Assembly: GCA_037308085.1 (NCBI GenBank)
Contig: CP147779.1
Location: 2,208,001-2,272,000 of the forward strand
DNA from: Promethearchaeati archaeon SRVP18_Atabeyarchaeia-1
GTDB lineage: Archaea; Asgardarchaeota; Atabeyarchaeia; Atabeyarchaeales; Atabeyarchaeaceae
Direction of reading: 5' to 3'
DNA length: 64,000 nt
This document shows, piece by piece, positions 27,008-37,457 of this stretch (within the stretch, counting starts at the first letter, position 1; the number at the start of each line of letters is the position of its first letter). The translations under genes and the position numbers were made by a program. The notes beneath the pieces were generated by a model that worked only from the letters and a program-made list of their open reading frames with translations, was not told the origin of the DNA and made no database searches.

Positions 27008-28630
27008 TTGGGGGATTTCCATTTGTGTCCAAATGAAGACGGAACCCAACTTAACGTGAAGAATGGGAATCCTGTATTGGATGGGATACTCAACGGCGAA
27101 CTACCAGCAGCCTCGACGATAGCCCTCATAGGAGCCCCAGGCACCGGCACGAGCATTATGACTACGCAGTATGTAGTCAACGCGCTCAAGAAAGGTAAAA
27201 GAGTCATCTACTCACTGCTCGACTACGTGCCTGGTCTCGCCGAAAAGTACTTTAAGTCATTTGGGTTCAATGCCCAACTATTTCTGGCTGACAAGAGACT
27301 TCAGATGATCGATGGGTACGAGTTCTTTCTCCGTTCGATGGGAATAGCCACCATGGCAGACATTCAGAACCTCAGAACGATAGAACTTAAAGAGATCTCT
27401 CAACGTCTTCAGACTGGTCTAATGAGTCTGATCCGAGATAACGAGAAAGAGCCCTCTTCGGTCGTAATAGATTCATTCACATCTCTGTCTCCGTTCGTCG
27501 ACGTTCACTCTATTTACGAGATATTGGCCGAAGGCTTCGCGATGATCAGGAGGGGAGGACATCCGGCCCTATTGGTGGCGCATGAAGGGGTGCTCGAAAG
27601 CAACTTCGTGCAAGCCCTCACCCGCTTCGTTGATGGGGTAATTAGGCTCAAGATGCAATGGTCTGCTCGTGGTCTTACTAGGGGGCTCTTCATCGAGAAG
27701 TTGCGCCGCACGAATGTCGAGACGCCGTATGTGGATTTCACGATAAGCGACCAGGGGATAAGTCTCCATTACGGGGGCGTTCAGACGAGTGCAGGAACCT
27801 CTCGTAGTCTCACACATGTTCAGACTTCACAAGCGGCAATTCCTTCACCATCGAAGTACGACAGGATCTCAACTGGAATAGCGGCGTTGGACCCTATTCT
27901 CGAGGGAGGCTTCCCAAGAGGTACATTCATTTGCGCTGTTGGAGATGTGGGGACTGGTACTTCGACCTTTTGCACACAATTCGCATGGTCGAGACTCTTG
28001 GCGGGAGGAAAGGTCGCCTACTACTGTGTCGATGAGCCCCCAGACATGGTGATCAACCAGTTTCGGAGTTACGGGTGGGATATTGGACCCTACGTAGACA
28101 GCAAGGATATCGTCTTGTCTGATGTTTACAACCTATTTAGGACCGGGCGCCAAGCTTCGCTTAGGGGAGCAGATGAAGCTGATGCCACCAGGAAACTCAT
28201 AAGCGAATTCATGAAAGCCGAGATTGCAAAAGTGGAATCTAGCCCTCCCAGAGATTCACCTCTGGTTGCCGTCGTGGATTCCTTTACGACCATGGCGCCC
28301 TACCTGGATCTGAAGACCGCATATGTTCTTGCCCGCATCGTCGCAGATAATGCCAGGGCATCAGATGAGACATATTTGACAGTTGTTCGGTCTGGCGCCT
28401 TCGAAGCCAACCTCCTCTATGCGTGCCTTGGGACGGCCGATGGGATAATCACGCTGGATAGCGGCTGGGAAAGAGAGAAGTCCAACCCCCCTGCGGGGAG
28501 GAGACTGGTGCGCAGAATGAGAATCGACAAAATGGCTTTCACTTCCACGCCCTCACAAGCAGCCGAGTACGAAATCACATCCAAAGGTATCCAACTTATT
28601 TCAACCAGCCATCCTCAGAACCAAAGGTGA
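27008..28630 (+). CDS. Double-domain KaiC/RAD55-like RecA-fold protein with degenerate Walker A motifs
   Basis: LDGILNG..GAPGTGTS..VVIDS..DGVIRL and STGIAALDPILEGGFP..GDVGTGTS..VVDS..ADGII. Confidence 0.88.
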   Translation: MGDFHLCPNEDGTQLNVKNGNPVLDGILNGELPAASTIALIGAPGTGTSIMTTQYVVNALKKGKRVIYSLLDYVPGLAEKYFKSFGFNAQLFLADKRLQMIDGYEFFLRSMGIATMADIQNLRTIELKEISQRLQTGLMSLIRDNEKEPSSVVIDSFTSLSPFVDVHSIYEILAEGFAMIRRGGHPALLVAHEGVLESNFVQALTRFVDGVIRLKMQWSARGLTRGLFIEKLRRTNVETPYVDFTISDQGISLHYGGVQTSAGTSRSLTHVQTSQAAIPSPSKYDRISTGIAALDPILEGGFPRGTFICAVGDVGTGTSTFCTQFAWSRLLAGGKVAYYCVDEPPDMVINQFRSYGWDIGPYVDSKDIVLSDVYNLFRTGRQASLRGADEADATRKLISEFMKAEIAKVESSPPRDSPLVAVVDSFTTMAPYLDLKTAYVLARIVADNARASDETYLTVVRSGAFEANLLYACLGTADGIITLDSGWEREKSNPPAGRRLVRRMRIDKMAFTSTPSQAAEYEITSKGIQLISTSHPQNQR

Positions 28631-28698
28631 AGAACCATGTGAGGGGAGGATCGTGGGCTCGCACCCCGCGACGTTCTGCTTCGGAAACCGGGGTAGGA

Positions 28699-28914
28699 CT
28701 ACATACGTAGCGCCCTCCTGAGATCAGACACGAAGGCCTCTTCGTTTTCCATGATTCTCTTTTTGACCTCCCGCCATGTAGCCGGGCAGTTCTTGTATTT
28801 CACACCCACTACGCTGTGGATCGCTTTGTCGAGATCATGCTTGTTCTCAGCTGTGACTGTTACTTGGGCCTTCCTGAATACCTCCTGGAGATGCCTAAAA
28901 TAGCAAGTCAACAA
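28699..28914 (-). CDS. Small hypothetical protein
   Basis: 71 aa, GGTGA RBS, TCYFRH...YKNCPATWREVKKR. Confidence 0.7.
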   Translation of the reverse strand: MLTCYFRHLQEVFRKAQVTVTAENKHDLDKAIHSVVGVKYKNCPATWREVKKRIMENEEAFVSDLRRALRM

Positions 28915-29326
28915 TTATCACCTAGATTCCTGCGCCTACTCTTGTGTAGCTAACGCCGGCCAGAGATAAAGGCTTATGGAATTCAAGGCCCACCATATTG
29001 CATCCTCGCATCCGGCAGGTGATCGGAAGCCTTCGCCTCAGAATGCTAACATGTGGCTTAAAGTGTCTGTTCTAGTAAGACCTAGACTGGACGACTCTAG
29101 CGTCGGTCCGTCTCAAGTGAAGACTGCGAGAACCGTGACACAGTCAATAAGAATCATTGAGGCTAGAAAGATCGCCCTTAAGGTCCTCTCAATGGATTTA
29201 GCTGCAAATGTGAGAGTATTCTCGAAGACATTCCGAAGTGCAACGTCGTAGCATACGGAGAAACTACTTAAGGAAGAGGTCGACGTACCTACGTCATGTA
29301 AGGAAGGCAGGGAGCTGCAGACCCGG

Positions 29327-30136
29327 TTGAAGATACAAATAAGGGATCTTCAAGGGGACCTTATCTTAGACCATCTTGCGGTTTGTAGAAATGAGCAGTT
29401 GAGCGGTATCTCGTCCTATGAAGAGGGCTTCGTGAGAAAAAGCAGATGGCTAGGAAGCATGTTGAAAAGAACCAGATTCCTTTCTAAGCTCGCGTACATT
29501 GATCGGGCACCTCTGGGAATGATCCAATTCTATCCTGAGAACCTTATCCCTTTTCTGAGAGAGAAGCGAGATGATGTGCTACGGCTTGATTGCATCTACG
29601 TTACGAGGGAACTCCAAGGTAAGAGGATCGGAAGGGCATTATTGAAGGCCATGATTAGTGAGGCGAGGGAAACCGGGATCTTCAGTCGGGTAGAAACCTC
29701 TACCTTTGATGCAAACAGCGGGTATCCTCAACCAGAATTTCTCAGGGAGTCTGGATTCACTAGAGTCCCGGGCGGGAACGAAATGGAACTTCAGTATTTC
29801 TTGACGAGAAACAGCGGCAGCCCAATACGGAAAACTGGATTTGCCGCCAAGAACAAACCCGAGCGGGTTGAGGGGGAGAAGGGCGCCAAGCTCTTCTATG
29901 AGCCGCGCTGTCCGCTTTCTGCGTACTTCAACGAATCGATAACCAAATTGATGCATGAGGTCGAGCCCTCCATAGAAACAGAGGAGGTGGATATTTGGTC
30001 CAGCCCCGATGCTGCGCTGCAAAGGGGGGTCGATCAACATACCGTCTACTTGGACGGCGTACCCATCAAGGAGTTCTTCATGAACAAGGAGCCCTTTAGA
30101 AACGAAATCACGAGAGTTCTTCGTAAATGCGTGTAG
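29327..30136 (+). CDS. GNAT N-acetyltransferase with C-terminal thioredoxin-like/YoaP-like domain
   Basis: GMIQFYP, LDCIYV..QGKRIGRALL, C-terminal RCP. Confidence 0.8.
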   Translation: MKIQIRDLQGDLILDHLAVCRNEQLSGISSYEEGFVRKSRWLGSMLKRTRFLSKLAYIDRAPLGMIQFYPENLIPFLREKRDDVLRLDCIYVTRELQGKRIGRALLKAMISEARETGIFSRVETSTFDANSGYPQPEFLRESGFTRVPGGNEMELQYFLTRNSGSPIRKTGFAAKNKPERVEGEKGAKLFYEPRCPLSAYFNESITKLMHEVEPSIETEEVDIWSSPDAALQRGVDQHTVYLDGVPIKEFFMNKEPFRNEITRVLRKCV

Positions 30137-30399
30137 GTTAAGAACACGCCAGCGTGGCCAGCGTCTTTCACAAGATCTCTTTCCGCAAGGGAAGATTCGT
30201 CCCTTCCAACTAATTGGCGGAACGCAGTCCGTGAAATTCGCAATGAGGAGCCTCGCCCGCATAGTCAAGATAAGATTCTATTTATAGCCACTGAAACATT
30301 CCATTCAGTAATGCACTTAAACGGTAACCCCATCTATTTGCTTAGGGTCGAATGATCTCTTAGGCATCTTTGCTCCGGCGAAGTGGAGGAAGGTAGTTA

Positions 30400-31431
30400 A
30401 TGGTTCTGTACGACCTGTACGTAATATACAACCAAGGTGGGCGTTGCATACACCACTACAAGTTCGGTGGACTTAACGTGAACAGCGAACTCGTAGGGTC
30501 GTTCTTGGATGCGCTCTCCACCTTCGCCATGGAGACGATTCCTTCGAAGGGTCAGATGCGCTTAGTGGACAGGGGAAATGTGAAGATTCTTTTTGAGCAA
30601 GGCAAGTTTGTTACCCTTGCGCTGTTTGCATCTGACGACTCACCTGAGACGCGCGGACCGCTCTCCATGTTCCTTTCAAGGATCGAGGCGAACTACGCGG
30701 ATGTTCTCAGAGAGTGGGATGGAAGCCTCAACGCTTTTGATGGCCTAGATGGTCTCATCAAATCAATATTCAAGAGGGAGAGAGTGTCCCAAGAGACGAT
30801 CCCTGAGGAACTGATCCCGAAGCCTATGCCTCTTTCTGAAGCAACAGGTTCGAAGATGAAGGCCAAAGATGCGCTTTCCGTAATAAGAACAGCTGTAAGG
30901 GACAACATTTCGGGGGTTCTCTCCATCACCTTCAATCCAAACAGGATTGAGCCGATCGGATACGTCAGCATCCTCAGGGGGAAAGGATACGCTGCCGTCT
31001 ATACGAAACCCGGCAGCAAGATTAGAAGAGGCAACGACGCAGCGAGGCACATCATTTTTGACAGTGTCACGCTGCCAGCTTGGATAAGATTCAGGACTGC
31101 CCAGAACGGCGAAATCGACACTGACATCGATCGCACAATTAATCGAATTGATGCGCCTTTGAACAAGATCATGTTGGATACCCTCCTGCTTCGCCACTAC
31201 TACGACGAGATAAAGACCATGAAACCCAAGGCGAAGCAAGTCTTCACCTCGGATGAGAGGCACCACGTGCTTGGGAAGTTTGGAGACGCCGGCGCCAATG
31301 TTCTTAGGACAAGTCAGGGAAGAGTCACGCTGGAGCAACTGGCAGTTCTGCACTCGTTATCGCCCTTGGAGGTTACCGAGATCCTCTTGTGGGCGGCCGA
31401 AAACGGGCTTATAGACATGGTGAAGAACTAA
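30400..31431 (+). CDS. Longin-domain protein with central DUF2226-like region and C-terminal winged HTH
   Basis: LYVIYNQGGRCI...LVGSFLDALSTFAME...KILFEQGKFVTLALF; C-terminal TLEQLA..LSPLEVTEILLWAAENGLI. Confidence 0.72.
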   Translation: MVLYDLYVIYNQGGRCIHHYKFGGLNVNSELVGSFLDALSTFAMETIPSKGQMRLVDRGNVKILFEQGKFVTLALFASDDSPETRGPLSMFLSRIEANYADVLREWDGSLNAFDGLDGLIKSIFKRERVSQETIPEELIPKPMPLSEATGSKMKAKDALSVIRTAVRDNISGVLSITFNPNRIEPIGYVSILRGKGYAAVYTKPGSKIRRGNDAARHIIFDSVTLPAWIRFRTAQNGEIDTDIDRTINRIDAPLNKIMLDTLLLRHYYDEIKTMKPKAKQVFTSDERHHVLGKFGDAGANVLRTSQGRVTLEQLAVLHSLSPLEVTEILLWAAENGLIDMVKN

Positions 31432-31465
31432 TATACGTGGACGGAGAGAGATATCGCGTCTTCAA

Positions 31466-32122
31466 ATGAGCCATGGGGTGTGGCCTGAACACCAATCGTC
31501 TAGTAGGTGGATTCGAGAAGTGCCTGGAGACAAGATAAGAGACATCAGAACCGCGACTCTTTCGTCCGTGATCCTTGGATTGTACCTATCAGTTCCTTCG
31601 GAGGAATATGAGTCGCTCATCAACACGATTGGCGACATGTCGGGAACTATCATCAACATGCTACTTCTCGACAGCAAACTGATGAGTGGGCACTATCCAT
31701 CGGTTCCAGAAGCTCTGGGGGCGACATTGAAGGCGCTTGGTGATCTGCTTGGAGCGAGGACGGCCAAGATCAAATTCACGAGAGGAAGGGAAGCGGAGAT
31801 TGCCATAGTTGACTGCCCAATCTGTGAAGCTTCTACAACTCTTTCGATTTCCCCCGAGAAGCCTATCTGCAAGATGCTGGGCATGCTTATAAGGAAGGTA
31901 ACCGTCGGCTACCTGCAGAAGCTCGGAATAGAGACCGACATTGAAATAGAGGAAACTGAATGCAAAGCCAAGGGTGCGCACGCCTGTGTTTTCAAGCTGG
32001 TATGGAGAGGCGAGCAAGTAGTCCACACAAAGTATGTCGAATGGGAGGAACAGAGAGCTGAGGAGGAATGCAGGGCGCGCCTCGACTCAATTGTAATAAG
32101 ATCGGGGTTGAGAACCCTCTAG
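31466..32122 (+). CDS. V4R-domain protein
   Basis: DCPIC...ICKMLG...ETECKAKGAHACVF. Confidence 0.8.
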   Translation: MSHGVWPEHQSSSRWIREVPGDKIRDIRTATLSSVILGLYLSVPSEEYESLINTIGDMSGTIINMLLLDSKLMSGHYPSVPEALGATLKALGDLLGARTAKIKFTRGREAEIAIVDCPICEASTTLSISPEKPICKMLGMLIRKVTVGYLQKLGIETDIEIEETECKAKGAHACVFKLVWRGEQVVHTKYVEWEEQRAEEECRARLDSIVIRSGLRTL

Positions 32123-32178
32123 CGTACAAGCATGATGAACACGCGGGCAAAACGGGGAGAACACAGAGATGATGCCTG

Positions 32179-34389
32179 ATGTCTGATCAGAGTCCGGAGG
32201 TCAAGGACAAAGTCGCTCGACAGGGCGAAGAAGAGAAGCAGACCGGTCTGACGCTTCGCACCGTGCTTCTCACTTTCGTCTTCAGCATATTCTTTTCTGT
32301 CGCCACGATCTACACGCTCGTAGTTCTCAGCTTCGCGATGGGCGTTGTGGGGGTAGTCTCAGTTGTTATTGCTTCGAGCGCATCAATATGGGGAGCCAGC
32401 GCTTCAACCAAAAACAGGGTGAAACCGGTCAGCGCACATGAACTAGTGGGAATGAGTTGGCTCTCCAGTGCTTTCGCCCAATCGATGGGAACCACCATAC
32501 TGATTGGCGGGGTGCTCTTGATGCGTTACATTTTGCCATCTTCAGCGTTCTCATCTTGGCAGCGGTGGTGGTTTGCGCCAGCTCAAAGCGACCTCGGTAA
32601 TGTTGTCGCTTGGCTACCGACCATACTCTTCTGGATGTTTGTTGTCTTCCTAGTTCGGCTTGCGGTAATCGGCATAGGCCTAAGGTTCAAGCGCCGTTAC
32701 ATCGACTCGGACGAGTTGCCTTTTCCCGTTGCTGAAGGACAGGCAGATGTGATAAAGGAGTTAACCGTCCAGAACGAACCACCAACATCCAGCCTCAGAT
32801 ACTTCATCGCAGGTGCGTTGTTCGCTTTCATCTTCACACTAACTGTCGAGCACGACTGGAATTACCCTCTTCTCACGCCACTAATAGCAACAGCCATCGG
32901 AATCTCACTCCTTGTAGGCGCGATGAACAGTGCATTTCCCTGGAGGGTTGGGAGGAGGCTGCCAAGAGGATTGAACAAGGCCGCATATTACTTCGCGTAC
33001 TTCTTCCTGTCAATTGGAGCTCTTGGCCTCATTTCCTGTATATATGCGCCTGCGGGATCATTCTTGTATTATCTTCGCTTCGGATTTCCCGCGATTGCCA
33101 ATCCAAGTTACGCCGAGAGATTCATTGATCTTTCCGTCTTGATTCCTCAGCTTGGCGGGCTAGGGTTCGGGATATCGATATCGTTACTTCTTTTCATTAT
33201 TGGGTACCTGATACCTCTCGATTCATCATCTGGAATATTGGCTGGATCACTGACGGCTTTCGTCTTGGTTCCCTTGGGACTATTCGGATTAACGGGCTCA
33301 ATTGACGCGACCCTGCTCACAAGCATCGACTCCTCGTTGATTCTGGCAGCTCTGCTATGCGCAGCGGTAGTAGGTTCAGCTGTCATAATCGCAAGGACAA
33401 TAATTACAAATCGGGAGGGCGCGAAGCTCGTAATTCTTCAAGGAATGAAGGCACTCTACACCCCAGGCGAGGGAAGGAAGACCAAGACTAGGGGAAAAGT
33501 TTTCCAGACACTCAGCACGAACGCCTGGGCTCAATATCTTCTTATATGGATTCCCACGGCGCTTCTGGCCCTCATAGCGATAATAATAGTGGGATTAGAG
33601 CCTGGCGCGCCATCCTATCTCATAGTCATAATTCTTCTCTTCGCGTTTGTGATGACGCCCCTAGCAACGACACTTGGAACATGGGTATCCAGCAGAACAA
33701 CCCGAATGTCTTCGCAAACCCCGGTTCCCTTCCTGTACGAAGCCGTATTGTCTGGGATCGGGACTAGAGACTTTTCGCCCTACGCCTTCGGGGCGCCAGT
33801 GGTCTGGCAGGCTCCGGGCCTCTTGAGCCAGCTCAGGGTAGCTCGGCTGACCAAGACCGAGTCTAGAGTGGTCTACTGGGCTGATATCATAGGGTTTCCA
33901 CTCCTCGGTGTGTTAGTGAGTTTCTTGGTCTGTATTTGGGTGTTCTCAGTCATCGGTATCCCAGGCGCATCCCTTACCCCTCCAGGCGGATCAGGGTCGA
34001 CTGCGCTTGGCCAATGGAACTTTGCTCCGATCTGGAATGCGCTCTACACACTAGTCGTTTGGCTTGCTCAAGGCGGAGGAGCTTTCCCGTATCAGCCCAT
34101 CGCGGTACCCGTCTTCCTAGTGGCGATTATAGTGTTTGCAGTTTGGACGACGCTACACGGCTTGAGGAGAGTACCCTTAGCTTCGACCGCGGGAATAGCG
34201 ATCGGTTTTGCGCTACTACCATACATGGCGATCACGATTTTTCTCGGAGCCCTCGCAGCAACAATAGTAAAAAGAGCAAAAGGGGTCGAATGGTTCGCAA
34301 GGTACGGAATAACTCTGGGTGCTGGTGTCTACGCTGGAGCAAGCATAACCATCTTCCTCATCGTCGTCATTGCACCGCTAATACCCTGA
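32179..34389 (+). CDS. OPT-family oligopeptide transporter-like membrane protein
   Basis: GLTLR N-terminus, YIDSDELPFP motif, many TM segments. Confidence 0.75.
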   Translation: MSDQSPEVKDKVARQGEEEKQTGLTLRTVLLTFVFSIFFSVATIYTLVVLSFAMGVVGVVSVVIASSASIWGASASTKNRVKPVSAHELVGMSWLSSAFAQSMGTTILIGGVLLMRYILPSSAFSSWQRWWFAPAQSDLGNVVAWLPTILFWMFVVFLVRLAVIGIGLRFKRRYIDSDELPFPVAEGQADVIKELTVQNEPPTSSLRYFIAGALFAFIFTLTVEHDWNYPLLTPLIATAIGISLLVGAMNSAFPWRVGRRLPRGLNKAAYYFAYFFLSIGALGLISCIYAPAGSFLYYLRFGFPAIANPSYAERFIDLSVLIPQLGGLGFGISISLLLFIIGYLIPLDSSSGILAGSLTAFVLVPLGLFGLTGSIDATLLTSIDSSLILAALLCAAVVGSAVIIARTIITNREGAKLVILQGMKALYTPGEGRKTKTRGKVFQTLSTNAWAQYLLIWIPTALLALIAIIIVGLEPGAPSYLIVIILLFAFVMTPLATTLGTWVSSRTTRMSSQTPVPFLYEAVLSGIGTRDFSPYAFGAPVVWQAPGLLSQLRVARLTKTESRVVYWADIIGFPLLGVLVSFLVCIWVFSVIGIPGASLTPPGGSGSTALGQWNFAPIWNALYTLVVWLAQGGGAFPYQPIAVPVFLVAIIVFAVWTTLHGLRRVPLASTAGIAIGFALLPYMAITIFLGALAATIVKRAKGVEWFARYGITLGAGVYAGASITIFLIVVIAPLIP

Positions 34390-34673
34390 CTACAACCTGC
34401 AAAGCTTCTCTCAGACCCCTTCCAAGGATGGGTTTCCCGTCGGCCGTTCATCCAAGCATTACACCTTTTTGGGTGATTTGGAACTTCACTCCACACCAAC
34501 AGATCTGACCATGGGGCTCCAAGATCAATCCTACGAGGAAGTTCCGGAGCGGGCAGACACCTTAGCTCTCCAGAATTTCCAGAGAAATGCGCACACAATG
34601 GGATACAGCTGGTCTTTCCACGAAAGAATAATAATGTGTAAACGTTTAACATATGACTGTTAAATGCTGACTT

Positions 34674-35276
34674 ATGGGATCCCCAACAATGAAACAAAGA
34701 TCTAGAGCCTCTGAGTCGGGAGATGCCGTCAGATCAATAGGGTTCAGGATCTGGTTCGTTGAGAAAGGCAGGAACCTGCTGGGCAAGGGCGGGGCTGAGA
34801 TACTAGAGAGCATGTCTGAGACTCATTCCATTTCGAAGGCGGCAAAGCAACTTGGGCGGTCCTACAGACAAGTCTGGGGTCAGATAAACGAAATAGAGGA
34901 AAGCCTAGGACAACCTCTTATTACTAGGTTCAAAGGAGGGGCAAGAGGGGGAGGAGGAGCTGAGCTTACCCCAGCTGGATTAGCTCTATTAAAGGAATAC
35001 CGCAGGGTAACCGAGTACGTCAACGGAATACTAAAAGACGAATACTTCTGGGAGGCATGTGGATTGAAGTTAAGCGCCAGAAACAAGCTGAGTGGAAAGA
35101 TAATCTCAGTTGAGAAGAATGGAGTCGTCGCCAGTATAAAAATAAGGGTGATGGAACCCGCCACCATAACTTCCGTTATTACGAGCGAAGCTGCAGACGA
35201 CCTTGACCTGAAAGAAGGGGATGACGTAGAAGCAATAGTCAAGGCGACTGAAGTACTGATATCAAAGGAAGACTAG
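34674..35276 (+). CDS. ModE-like regulator (wHTH + TOBE)
   Basis: SISKAAKQLGRSYRQVW, GGARGGGAELT, LSARNKLSGKI, ITSVIT, AIVKATEV. Confidence 0.9.
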   Translation: MGSPTMKQRSRASESGDAVRSIGFRIWFVEKGRNLLGKGGAEILESMSETHSISKAAKQLGRSYRQVWGQINEIEESLGQPLITRFKGGARGGGGAELTPAGLALLKEYRRVTEYVNGILKDEYFWEACGLKLSARNKLSGKIISVEKNGVVASIKIRVMEPATITSVITSEAADDLDLKEGDDVEAIVKATEVLISKED

Positions 35277-35287
35277 GATGCGAACTG

Positions 35288-35710
35288 TCACCGTTTCTCC
35301 CTCTTGCCCATATTCCTTAGGAATTCGATGGTTTCAGCCAAGCTCCTACATAATCCCGCCAATGGCGCTTCCAGCATCAAGTTGACTGGCTCAAATTCTG
35401 AGAAAACGCGGTGATCAGTCTTTAGCCCGAGAATCTGCTTTCCAAGTGCATGAGCGAACCCCATCTCGAACGCAACCCCAGTATCAACATCCAACCCGTC
35501 AAGTACCGCGACGACAAGGTCACTCCTTCTCAGGGCTTCGAGATCTTCCTCAAGGATCTCTCTCTTTTCACTGAGCAACCTTCTCCCGATGAATTTGTGC
35601 TCCTGAGCTAGCCATACATCAAATCCTTCTCCTCTAAGCAATTCCGCGGCTTTCTGATTGAAGTCACGTTCTGCTTCGTTGAAAAGTGGTGCTGCGAAAA
35701 AAACACGCAT
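35288..35710 (-). CDS. Nucleoside 2-deoxyribosyltransferase family
   Basis: VFFAAPLF, DLEAL, DTGVAFEMGFAHALGK, NLML. Confidence 0.88.
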   Translation of the reverse strand: MRVFFAAPLFNEAERDFNQKAAELLRGEGFDVWLAQEHKFIGRRLLSEKREILEEDLEALRRSDLVVAVLDGLDVDTGVAFEMGFAHALGKQILGLKTDHRVFSEFEPVNLMLEAPLAGLCRSLAETIEFLRNMGKREKR

Positions 35711-35922
35711 CCCTTTGCAGCCTCCAGTAGACATGCCCTCGTGTGTTCTTCTCTCGGTGGGGCAGGGGACCCAACACTGTTAAGTACTGGAAGAAAGGAT
35801 AGAAACAAGGATAAACTCTTTGCGCTTCAATTGCTTCCCCACCTCGAATTCCAAATCCAGATACCATTCTCTCAACCTTATCGTCCCGGACAAGACATTT
35901 TTGCGGGAGGACCAGTTCAAAG

Positions 35923-36498
35923 ATGACTGCCAAGAGAGACCCAGCCCCGTTCGACAATCGGAAAGGCATTAAGATCAAACCGTTCTCAGTAGGAGACCTT
36001 CCCAGAGTAATGGAAATAGAACGGAGAGCCTTCCCTGACGCGTGGGATGAGAGCTGGTTTCTCTATTTCTACCAGACAAATCCAAGCGGGTTTATGGTTG
36101 CAGTCGACGGCAAGAACAATGTAATCGGGTATGCGATAGTCAACGTTGAGTCTGATGCAGAAGATGCGTGGTTCTTCATGGAGGGCAGACGACTCCCTCC
36201 TCAGAGAGGACATCTTCTCAACATAGCAGTCGACGAGGACCGGCGAAGCCAAGGAGTGGGATCCATCCTGCTCAAAGCGGCTGATGACTATGTATCGGGC
36301 ATGGGAGTGAATGAAATCTTCCTCGAGGTTCAGACGACTAACTCTAACGCAAGAAGATTTTATGCGAATCGGGGATACAAGGAAACAGGAAAAATCCTGA
36401 GAGACTACTACCCCAGAGGGGGAGATGCAGTAATAATGAAGAAGAGGCTCGGCAAGTCCAGAAGAAGCGAATCAGAAACGAGAGGCAACGCTTCTTAA
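35923..36498 (+). CDS. RimI/Ard1-like N-terminal acetyltransferase
   Basis: GHLLNIAV..RRSQGVG, LEV..N..A..FY, YYPRGGDA. Confidence 0.85.
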   Translation: MTAKRDPAPFDNRKGIKIKPFSVGDLPRVMEIERRAFPDAWDESWFLYFYQTNPSGFMVAVDGKNNVIGYAIVNVESDAEDAWFFMEGRRLPPQRGHLLNIAVDEDRRSQGVGSILLKAADDYVSGMGVNEIFLEVQTTNSNARRFYANRGYKETGKILRDYYPRGGDAVIMKKRLGKSRRSESETRGNAS

Positions 36499-36531
36499 TT
36501 GGCATATTCATTCTGGCTCTCGGGATATTAG

Positions 36532-37365
36532 GTGTTTGACTTGGACCTTCTTCTTATCCCATTATCTCTGCTGCTAGTCCTTGTCGCCGTTGGTCTTTGT
36601 GCTGGGTTGATTACGGGGGTGATGGGTAGCAGTGGAGTTTTTGTTGTAGTTCCTATGCTTACTTTGTTCTTAGGGTTCCCCGTACACTTGGCCATAGGAA
36701 CAAGTCTCTTTGTTGATGTTGTCGCATCACTTGTGACCTCGATTACTTATTATCAGCATGGCCGTTTGGACATGTCTCGAGGCGTGTGGATGGCAGGCGC
36801 TGCGGTCATCGGTGCACTGCTTGGTAGCTCATTCGCCGCCTCTACAGCGGAAGTCGGGTTGAACTGGATATTCGGGGTCTTCCTGATTCTGAATGGCTTG
36901 TACATCCTGAGGACAGGGATGAAGCAGATTACTGACAGAATGTCGAGCATAGCGAACCGGCGACTGCTTGGCGGGGAGGACCCTTCTGCGAGGAGAAAGA
37001 AAGCAATAGGCGTGTCGGTTCTTCTTGGACTCGGGATTGGGATGATTAGTGGTTTCGTCGGCGCAGGCGGAGGAATAATGTTCTTGCTTGTACTGCTTCT
37101 CGTGCTGGGCTATGAGCTTCATGCTGCCATCGGAACCTCAACCCTGATAATGGCCAGCACTGCAGCCTCTGGGAGTTTCGGCTACTATCTTCATGGCAAC
37201 CTCGACCTCGCTGTGGCACTCATTATAAGCATAGGAACACTGATTTCGAGTCGAATCGGGGCGGCAGCAGCCAACAAGCTGGGAGAGAACACTCTGGGGA
37301 GGATAATCGCGCTGATCTTAGTCATGCTTGGAGCTGTCATGCTTCTGGACTCTCTACCACCGTGA
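36532..37365 (+). CDS. TauE/SafE sulfite exporter family
   Basis: Two repeats GxGG/SSG...AIGTS. Confidence 0.88.
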   Translation: MFDLDLLLIPLSLLLVLVAVGLCAGLITGVMGSSGVFVVVPMLTLFLGFPVHLAIGTSLFVDVVASLVTSITYYQHGRLDMSRGVWMAGAAVIGALLGSSFAASTAEVGLNWIFGVFLILNGLYILRTGMKQITDRMSSIANRRLLGGEDPSARRKKAIGVSVLLGLGIGMISGFVGAGGGIMFLLVLLLVLGYELHAAIGTSTLIMASTAASGSFGYYLHGNLDLAVALIISIGTLISSRIGAAAANKLGENTLGRIIALILVMLGAVMLLDSLPP

Positions 37366-37457
37366 TCCCTGGCAACAACATGAGACAGATTCCCCTTCCT
37401 TCCGTATTGCTGGCACGAAGTCAGACTAGGAGAAACCTGTCTGAGGGGCGAACCGCG

